Notes under the pieces: model-generated
Seen by the model: the letters and a program-made list of their open reading frames with translations, nothing else
What the model was told of the DNA's origin: nothing
Database searches by the model: none
Position numbers and translations under genes: made by a program
Shown here: piece after piece, positions 57,151-64,000 of the stretch
Layout: the number at the start of each line of letters is the position of its first letter
How positions within the stretch are numbered: the stretch's first letter is position 1
DNA from: Bacteroidota bacterium
Lineage (GTDB): Bacteria; Bacteroidota; Ignavibacteria; UBA10030
Length of the DNA stretch: 64,000 bases
Assembly (NCBI GenBank): GCA_050015675.1
Contig: JBEKAY010000001.1
Location: forward strand, 70,067-134,066
Reading direction: 5' to 3'

Positions 57151-59469
57151 ATGGGATTGATTCACAAAACACTTCGGAAGCCCGGGAGTAACATGCTCAT
57201 CGGGCTTTTGTTTTCTAAAACAGATTCAAATATTTCACGTTTAAAACAAGTATCTCTTTTTTACATTGGCTTCGCTTCAATCCTCTCGCAGATTCTTCTT
57301 ATTCGGGAATTCCTCGTTAGCTTCTACGGCAACGAATTGAGCATCGGAATCATTTTCGCGTGTTGGTTGGTGTGGATTGGTCTTGGCAGTGCGCTCGGAA
57401 ATGTTGTCGTCAAGCATCATCAAAATGTCTCCCGCCTTTTTCTTGTTATGATTGCCATAACGCCTCTCATAACATTAATACAAATTCTCGCGGTGAAATT
57501 TGTTCGCGTATTTCTCCACACAACGACGGGTGAATTTCTTTCAATGCTTGACTTGCTTGGATTCTCATTTATTGTTCTTAGTATCGGATGTGTTTTATGG
57601 GGTTTGCTCTTCACGCTAGGCGCTAAGTCGTTGACTTTAGAAAAGAATGAAATATGGTTTGGTGTGAACAAAGCATATGTGCTTGAATCACTCGGAAGCG
57701 TTGTTGGCGGACTATTGTATTCGTTCGTTTTTACTACACTGTTTTCGTCACTGCAGATCGTCTTTCTCATTATTATCATTGCCTGGGGTGTGGTGTTTTG
57801 GATTGTGTCTTCCCAAAAGAAATGGTTCATGACGCTTTCCTTAACAGGCATGGTCATTGTTTTTGTTGTTCTGCTCCAGCCCATTCGCTCGCTCGAATAT
57901 GAAATCACTGTATATCAATGGTCGTTCATCAATGATAAGCTGACATTCGTCTGTTCTATCGACACGAAGTATCAGAATCTTTCGTTACTGCGCCTTGAAA
58001 ATCAACATACACTTTACACAGATGGCCGGCCAGTTTACAACATCCCCAACAAATACGATGCAGAACTATTTACGCATTCAATTATGATTCATTGTACCGA
58101 TGCGAAACGTGTGCTTGTTTTGGGTGGTGGATTCAATGGTGTGTTAATGGAAATTTTAAAATATCCAGTTCAAGAGGTGGAATATGTTGAGATCGATCCT
58201 GCACTTCTTCCGTTTGTGGAACCAGTCATGAATACTCAGGATCAGCAGGCACTACACGATTCGCGAGTGCACATTGTACTTATGGATGGAAGAGAGTTTC
58301 TGCATCGTAAAATGATTTCCTTCGATGTCATTATAATGAATGTTGGTGAACCATCGACGGCGAGCTTGAATCGATTCTATACAACAGAATTCTTTCTGCA
58401 GTGTTATCAATCCCTCAACGGTAATGGTATTTTCGCTTTCTCGTTCCCATCGTCCGTCGAATATCTTGCGGATGAATTAAAAGATTTGGATGCTTCTATT
58501 TATCAAACATTTAAGCACATCTTCACTAACTCATTGGTTATTCCGGGGACCCATGCAGTACTGATCGGGACAACGAGCAGCGCACCGTTAATTTCACAGC
58601 CAGATTCTCTTGCTCGGCACTATACAAGAGCCGGAATTTCCGCTGAATACTTTTCGAAATATATGTTTGAGGAGTTAATGCCGCCTGACCGAATCAAGTT
58701 TATTACAAGTACCTTGGAAACCGCAAAGAATGTTCAAATAAACACCGACAACAATCCTGTGACATATTATTTCGATCTCTTGTTTTGGAATAGATTCCTG
58801 CAGGGTAACAATCGGTTCTTTTCATACATTACACCCTTTTGGATTTTCGCTGCCGGTGGCGTTGGCTCTGGACTAATGTTACTGATTATTTTATTACGAC
58901 GGAGGCAACCGGAGAAACAAAAACAAACCGTACTTGCCGCAATCATTGGTGTCTGTGGAATGACTGGCATGGCACTGAATCTTCTCTTCTTGTTAAACTT
59001 TCAGGAGGCATTCGGTTCAATCTATGAAATGGTCGGTGCTATGATCGCTGCAAACATGCTTGGTCTATCGTTAGGTACGATAGTGATTTCATGGCTTAAT
59101 AGAAAATATGAACAAAAAACTTTTTTGCTCGTGGTGCTGATAACACTTATTTGTGTTGTAATTCTCTTGCCAAAACTATTGGATTTTTTATTATTTGCAC
59201 ATCTAATTCCTATCACACTCTTTGTTACAATAGTGAGCGGTGGATTGATTGGCATGATTTTTGGGCTTGTGAACCGATTGTATCTTCACAGCTCATCAAG
59301 CGTGGGAAGTATTTATGCGTTTGATGTGCTCGGCTCGTCTATAGGCGCACTGACGACATGTTCCATGCTATTGCCGGTGTTAGGAATTCAAGATCTGACA
59401 CTATTTCTATCTTTATTACTCATGCCTGTTGTATTTGCAACTTTATTTCTTCGCAAACAAACAGTATAG
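57151..59469 (+). CDS. fused polytopic membrane / spermidine-synthase-like (aminopropyltransferase fold) protein
   Basis: 772 aa. An N-terminal ~7 TM region is followed by a central methyltransferase-fold domain (VLVLGGGFNGVLMEILKYP...VEIDPAL...MDGREFL...FDVIIMNVGEP). A C-terminal ~6 TM region follows. Confidence 0.7.
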   Translation: MGLIHKTLRKPGSNMLIGLLFSKTDSNISRLKQVSLFYIGFASILSQILLIREFLVSFYGNELSIGIIFACWLVWIGLGSALGNVVVKHHQNVSRLFLVMIAITPLITLIQILAVKFVRVFLHTTTGEFLSMLDLLGFSFIVLSIGCVLWGLLFTLGAKSLTLEKNEIWFGVNKAYVLESLGSVVGGLLYSFVFTTLFSSLQIVFLIIIIAWGVVFWIVSSQKKWFMTLSLTGMVIVFVVLLQPIRSLEYEITVYQWSFINDKLTFVCSIDTKYQNLSLLRLENQHTLYTDGRPVYNIPNKYDAELFTHSIMIHCTDAKRVLVLGGGFNGVLMEILKYPVQEVEYVEIDPALLPFVEPVMNTQDQQALHDSRVHIVLMDGREFLHRKMISFDVIIMNVGEPSTASLNRFYTTEFFLQCYQSLNGNGIFAFSFPSSVEYLADELKDLDASIYQTFKHIFTNSLVIPGTHAVLIGTTSSAPLISQPDSLARHYTRAGISAEYFSKYMFEELMPPDRIKFITSTLETAKNVQINTDNNPVTYYFDLLFWNRFLQGNNRFFSYITPFWIFAAGGVGSGLMLLIILLRRRQPEKQKQTVLAAIIGVCGMTGMALNLLFLLNFQEAFGSIYEMVGAMIAANMLGLSLGTIVISWLNRKYEQKTFLLVVLITLICVVILLPKLLDFLLFAHLIPITLFVTIVSGGLIGMIFGLVNRLYLHSSSSVGSIYAFDVLGSSIGALTTCSMLLPVLGIQDLTLFLSLLLMPVVFATLFLRKQTV

Positions 59470-59548
59470 AAGTAAATCTCTACATAGAAAATAATAATTA
59501 TCGGATAGAAGCTAAGTTAAAGAAATCATTTGTAATAGGAGCTTCTTC

Positions 59549-60670
59549 TTAATGCAACAAAGGTAGTAATTGTTTGTCAAATTGCGGCAGAGTTCCATCG
59601 CGAAGGCATGCTTGTATGTATGTTGAAATAAACGAGCGGCTTCCAGTCATTAATGTTGCGGTCATCGCGGGTCTTCCGAGGCGCTTATCGATCTCGTACG
59701 CCATGCGCATACCGGCAGTGGCGCCGTAGTTACCTTCGAACGAACCTGAAAGGTTGGCATTCATCATTAATTCTTGTGCTCGGGAGCGAGTTAAATTCGG
59801 CGAAGACATTTCTAATAGAACACGATTCAGCATTTCCACTGCTCGCGCGGTAGCATCAAACCATTGCCGGGAAGGAGTTCTATCTCCGATATGAGTTTGC
59901 AGGGAAAGATAGTACGCTATGCCTTCATTCTGCACTACCTCCAATAATTGTTCTGCTACATTTTTTGCTTTTGTCGAGTCTGGCAAAGATTTTTGTAAAA
60001 CGGAGAACGCGGCATGAAAACATTCATGCGCTGTCGTGCTCAACACTTCAATAAACTGAGCTTCCACATTGTTCGGTCCTTCAATAATGCGAGCCAGATT
60101 GACGACGATGATAGGCTCGCCTTTTTCTTCACTAACAAAAGTTGGAACATCGTAATTCCAAATGACGTGCCGCATAAAGGCAGAGGCACGTTCGTTTCCT
60201 ATCACAACGAAGTACACGGAAAATCTGGTAGAGATTTTTGCTTGTTCAGGAAAGAACGATGCGATAGTTGCAACGATACGGCGATCCAGCTGCCGGCGCT
60301 TGATTTCTAAAAGAAGCTTCCGGAGCTCCGGTATATGGTTCTTCGCAGGCGAGAAACCATACACATCACTTTCAAATCTTGTATTATTCCTTGCCAGTTC
60401 AAGCTGCTGGCGGAAGTCGTCGTCGGTTTTTTCTGTGCGCGCAAGCATGACACTTGTTGCCGCTGCAAGTTGATTGCCGCGAAGTTCTGCAACATACTTT
60501 GTGTTTCCGGTGCGGTAGTCAAAATAATCTAACACTTGTTCGGCGGCACTGTAATCAACACCGAGCGAGAAATCGATGTTTGGATTTGTCTGTGAACATA
60601 AAGTGAGTGGCAGAATGAATATAAGTCCAAAATATACAATAAAAATGGCGTTGGGCTTTGAATGGTACAT
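59549..60670 (-). CDS. secreted HExxH-motif protein (putative zinc metalloprotease-like, DUF2268/DUF5700-like)
   Basis: Signal peptide after ATG 60670 (MYHSKPNAIFIVYFGLIFILPLTLCSQ). A single HExxH site occurs in TTAHECFHAAF. The family call is tentative. Confidence 0.5.
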   Translation of the reverse strand: MYHSKPNAIFIVYFGLIFILPLTLCSQTNPNIDFSLGVDYSAAEQVLDYFDYRTGNTKYVAELRGNQLAAATSVMLARTEKTDDDFRQQLELARNNTRFESDVYGFSPAKNHIPELRKLLLEIKRRQLDRRIVATIASFFPEQAKISTRFSVYFVVIGNERASAFMRHVIWNYDVPTFVSEEKGEPIIVVNLARIIEGPNNVEAQFIEVLSTTAHECFHAAFSVLQKSLPDSTKAKNVAEQLLEVVQNEGIAYYLSLQTHIGDRTPSRQWFDATARAVEMLNRVLLEMSSPNLTRSRAQELMMNANLSGSFEGNYGATAGMRMAYEIDKRLGRPAMTATLMTGSRSFISTYIQACLRDGTLPQFDKQLLPLLH

Positions 60671-60888
60671 ATAATTTGACCTCTGATAGAAAACTATTAT
60701 AAAGATACGGGGAAAGGATAAGCTTGTCAAACCAATGCTAATCTCAGAGTTCCAAACTTATGATTGTATTCACAATTCTTTTAAGGGATTGTTTTAACAA
60801 GAGTGTGTTTCAATTTCTATGAAATATGGCTATGTTTCTCCTATAAAAGAAATATTAGCTTGTTCATTAACTCAAAGTGTGCATATAT

Positions 60889-61938
60889 ATGGATCGCACA
60901 ATCATTGTTGGAATCGCATCTTTTGGAATGTCGGGAAAAATATTTCATGCACCGCTTCTTGCACACCATAAAAATTTTAAGATAAAACGAATTATAGAAC
61001 GAACCAGGAACGAAGCACAAAAATTATACCCCGATGTCATCGTCTCACGTTCCATTGAAGATTTACTGCAAGACAATGAGATTGAATTAATTGTGGTCAA
61101 TACTCCAGACCAAATGCATTTTGAGCATACTAAAAAATGCCTCGAAACCGACAAACATGTGATCGTCGAAAAGCCATTCACAATCACTGTTGAGGAGGGG
61201 GAAACATTAATCGATCTTGCCCGGCAAAAAGGAAAAATTCTCAGCGTTTTCCAGAATCGGCGATGGGATGGAGATTTTCTCACCGTTCAGCGCATTGTGA
61301 AAGAGCAGATGCTTGGAAGGCTTGTCGATTATGAAGCGCACTATGATCGTTACAGGAATTATATTCAAACGGATTCTTGGAAAGAACAGTCTGCGTCTGG
61401 TACGGGAATACTCTTCAATCTTGGTACGCATATGATCGATCAGGCGCTTGTACTATTCGGCATGCCAGTTGCTGTGACAGCGCTCCTCAAAATAATGAGG
61501 ACAGGCAGCAAGGTTGATGATTGGTATGATATCCGATTACATTATCCAAATGTGAATGTCAATTTGAAATCAAGTCTTTTAGTGCGAGAACCGGGGCCGC
61601 GGTACATTCTTCACGGAACGTGCGGTTCATTTTTAAAATGGGGACTTGACCCGCAGGAAGAAGCATTAAAACAAGGGATGAATCCGAACAATCCCAATTG
61701 GGGAAAAGAATCACAAGAGTGGTGGGGATTATTAAATATAGAAAAAGATAATAAACAGTTCAGAGAGAAGTACGAAACATTGCCCGGGAATTACAGTGCG
61801 TTCTACGACAACATCTTTAAAAGCATAACCCATGGAACAGAATTGGCGGTGAAACCGGAAGAAGCTTTAGATGTAATTCAAATTATTGATGCGGTCAAAA
61901 AAAGTAGCACTCAACAAAAAACAATAATGGTAGTGTAA
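60889..61938 (+). CDS. Gfo/Idh/MocA family oxidoreductase
   Basis: N-terminal Rossmann IVGIASFGMSGKIFHAPLL and the EKP motif (VIVEKPFT). ATG 60889 is preferred over GTG 60877. Confidence 0.75.
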   Translation: MDRTIIVGIASFGMSGKIFHAPLLAHHKNFKIKRIIERTRNEAQKLYPDVIVSRSIEDLLQDNEIELIVVNTPDQMHFEHTKKCLETDKHVIVEKPFTITVEEGETLIDLARQKGKILSVFQNRRWDGDFLTVQRIVKEQMLGRLVDYEAHYDRYRNYIQTDSWKEQSASGTGILFNLGTHMIDQALVLFGMPVAVTALLKIMRTGSKVDDWYDIRLHYPNVNVNLKSSLLVREPGPRYILHGTCGSFLKWGLDPQEEALKQGMNPNNPNWGKESQEWWGLLNIEKDNKQFREKYETLPGNYSAFYDNIFKSITHGTELAVKPEEALDVIQIIDAVKKSSTQQKTIMVV

Positions 61939-61984
61939 AAAACCTTCCCTTATAATTTTGTAATATCTCTTGTCGCCATCTTCT

Positions 61985-62635
61985 TTACCGGATAATCTTG
62001 AAGTTAAAGTTAGGACTTTGATATTTTCCCATCAACACTATCCAAATTGGAAGCAGCATCTCTGTTGCCCGTGCTGTAGTAATGTCGCCAAGATCAATAA
62101 CAGATTTCCAGCCGAACCAATCTCTTAGAATCTCTACTACCTTTGCTTTTGCGCCGGCATCGTTTCCACTGATGAAAATATCATGATTTCCATTGGCTAC
62201 AAGTTCAGGATTTACCATGAGATTGCAATTTATGGTGTTAAGCGTTTTGACAACTTTTGCATCCGGAAATGTGCGTTGTATTTGTTCGCCAAGCGAATCG
62301 GTATTGCAAACCGCGAGTGAAGGAGGCATGCCCTTGGAGAAATCAAGAGCATTGGCAACATCAACAAGAATTTTATTTTTGAGATTACTTGCGCCTGCAA
62401 GATTCAACGCTTCTATAGAAGAGACGCCGTGCGTACAGTTAAACACAATCTCGCCAAATGCAGCAGCATCGGTGAAGTTTCCCTGCGAAGCATGAATTCC
62501 ATTGTTTTGTGCCCAAGCAACTGCCTTTTCATTCGTCGCTGTGCGCGATCCCATTTTTACATCATGTCCGAGTTGAGTAAGCTTTGTCCCTATTACACTG
62601 CCGACCATTCCTGTTCCGAGTATGCCAACCTTCAT
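61985..62635 (-). CDS. NADP-dependent oxidoreductase (F420-dependent NADP reductase / ProC-like fold)
   Basis: MKVGILGTGMVGSVIGTKLTQLGHDV Rossmann start; ~216 aa. Confidence 0.6.
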   Translation of the reverse strand: MKVGILGTGMVGSVIGTKLTQLGHDVKMGSRTATNEKAVAWAQNNGIHASQGNFTDAAAFGEIVFNCTHGVSSIEALNLAGASNLKNKILVDVANALDFSKGMPPSLAVCNTDSLGEQIQRTFPDAKVVKTLNTINCNLMVNPELVANGNHDIFISGNDAGAKAKVVEILRDWFGWKSVIDLGDITTARATEMLLPIWIVLMGKYQSPNFNFKIIR

Positions 62636-62813
62636 TTCCCTTCTCCTTGTTGTGTGAACCATAAAATAAATATGATGAAACCTATATAATCAAACACCCG
62701 TCCTCATATGTAAGGTTCCACTGGTTTTAAATTTTGGTTGGATTGTTCAGGCAAGAAGAAAAAATCGTAGTTTTGAAAAACCGTCGAGGTGTAAATATAC
62801 TGGTGATCATTAC

Positions 62814-63275
62814 CTATTTCAAAGCAAAGTCCACATCCATCATTTGGTAATGCGAATGTTTCATGCCGAGCGCCTCGTACGTTTGTTGAGCTCGTGTGTT
62901 CGATTGGTCAACGTAAAGTCGCAGACCGCACACATCACCGCGATTTCGAGCAATTGATTCGACGCACTGGTAAAGTGAACGGAAGATTCCTCGTCCACGA
63001 TATTCCGGTTGAACATACACGCTTTGAATCCACCAAAACGTAGTGTTGCGCCAATCGCTCCACTCATACGTGATCATCAACTGACCGACAACCTTGCCGT
63101 CTGCCTCTGCGAGATAATAAATGCCTTTCGATAAATCTGCAATTAAAGCTTCTATACCTCTTTGCAGACGTTCGCGATCTATCTCAAGATTCTCGGTTTC
63201 CTTCGCCATCGCTGCATTGAATTCAGCAATGATAGCAATATCGGAAGCTGTAGCTTGTCTGGTCATGATATTCAT
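62814..63275 (-). CDS. GNAT family N-acetyltransferase
   Basis: Acetyl-CoA motif VQPEYRGRGIFRSLY. ATG 63275 (MNIMTRQATASD) is preferred to the track start 63425. Confidence 0.7.
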   Translation of the reverse strand: MNIMTRQATASDIAIIAEFNAAMAKETENLEIDRERLQRGIEALIADLSKGIYYLAEADGKVVGQLMITYEWSDWRNTTFWWIQSVYVQPEYRGRGIFRSLYQCVESIARNRGDVCGLRLYVDQSNTRAQQTYEALGMKHSHYQMMDVDFALK

Positions 63276-63309
63276 AGAAATATTCCGATCAAATTCTTCA
63301 GAAGAATTT

Positions 63310-64000
63310 TTAATTGAATAGAAAAAAGAATGTGATGCGCGGAACAATATCCGCATTTTTCGTCCGTCCGGCAGAGCTTTTTTCCTTAAAGGTGTTGATC
63401 CAAATGTTCGGCATGAAGTGAACATTATTTATCGGCATGTAATCAAATCCAAAGGAGATGAAGTACTCATAAAATCCCATGCTCGAAGAAAGCCGATTGG
63501 GATCGTAATAATCGATTCGCCCGTATACTTTCCATTGATCGGATACGCGGTGCCATGAAAACAGAGAAATGCCAAATGGAGCATAATCGGTAAAAAGAGT
63601 ATCTTGGTTCTTCTGTAGCTGCTCCATAATTTCTGCGCCAATCATAAGTGATGGTTCTTGATAGGACAGAAATGCTTTCCACGTAGTGCGGTCTTTGTCC
63701 TTTGCCGCTGGTTCATAGTCAATGTAAGCTTCTATGGAAAAATTTTGAATCGGGCTTCCGTTTGCCATTGCATAGTACTTTTTATACTTATTATTTTCAG
63801 GTTTCTGAGCATTACCATTTCCAATCATCAAGGCATAATTCAAAGCTACGCTCGTTGGTAATGCACCGCGCAACTGCACCCCCATGTCGCTTCCGCTTCC
63901 GAGATTTCGAAAATCTGTTATCGTCTTTTCAACAGAACGATAACCCCATATTCCTTCAACTGAAGACCAAGTTGGAGTCGGCACAAGTCCCACAAGGAGG
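63310..64000 (-). CDS. outer-membrane porin-like beta-barrel protein (N-terminus beyond window)
   Basis: The frame is open to the window edge. It shows an alternating beta-strand pattern with aromatic girdle residues and a C-terminal ...RITFFFLFN. The family is not certain. Confidence 0.45.
   Translation of the reverse strand, partial: LLVGLVPTPTWSSVEGIWGYRSVEKTITDFRNLGSGSDMGVQLRGALPTSVALNYALMIGNGNAQKPENNKYKKYYAMANGSPIQNFSIEAYIDYEPAAKDKDRTTWKAFLSYQEPSLMIGAEIMEQLQKNQDTLFTDYAPFGISLFSWHRVSDQWKVYGRIDYYDPNRLSSSMGFYEYFISFGFDYMPINNVHFMPNIWINTFKEKSSAGRTKNADIVPRITFFFLFN

Overview
The window looks like chromosomal DNA from an FCB-group bacterium (Ignavibacteria/Bacteroidota-like). This is inferred from T9SS Por-tail sorting domains and gene content. 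All family calls come from reading motifs by eye; no database search was run.

Layout:
(i) 1-8.5 kb is a respiration block. It holds haem-copper oxidase genes in the unusual order I-III-IV-II, a polytopic membrane cytochrome c, heme O synthase, and cydAB on the opposite strand.
(ii) 8.5-26 kb is mostly housekeeping or singleton genes: K+ channel, Lon-like protease, nth, DUF72, CNNM, a 954-aa Upf1-like SF1 helicase, an HpnE-like oxidase, DUF4139, PAP2, CPBP, an epimerase and a T9SS cargo protein.
(iii) ~26.3-37.9 kb is a strongly AT-rich glycan-modification island, all on the minus strand. It carries a fused GtrA-GT2, three divergent GT-C type membrane transferases, a FAD oxidoreductase and an FkbM methyltransferase. 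It is littered with gene stubs, contains a 246-bp direct repeat, and has an embedded patch of host-like GC.
(iv) 38-43.8 kb holds a leaderless papain-like C1 peptidase with an unknown 129-aa neighbour, flanked by ~0.8-kb non-coding stretches. It also holds a small secreted protein and two tandemly duplicated 213-aa polytopic membrane modules in front of a sensor-less NarL-type kinase and regulator.
(v) 47.4-56.1 kb is an AmmeMemoRadiSam locus whose components carry export signals. It is split by a ~6-kb restriction-modification islet: an XRE regulator with a consensus promoter and palindromic operator, a 1196-aa type IIG enzyme, DUF559 and a REC-DHp protein. The islet is full of recombination scars.
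(vi) 56-64 kb is housekeeping.

No rRNA, tRNA, CRISPR array, integrase or transposase was recognised.

The best candidates for something new are the scarred RM hotspot inside the AmmeMemoRadiSam locus, the Gtr-like island with three alternative GT-C enzymes, and the split, duplicated sensor module.
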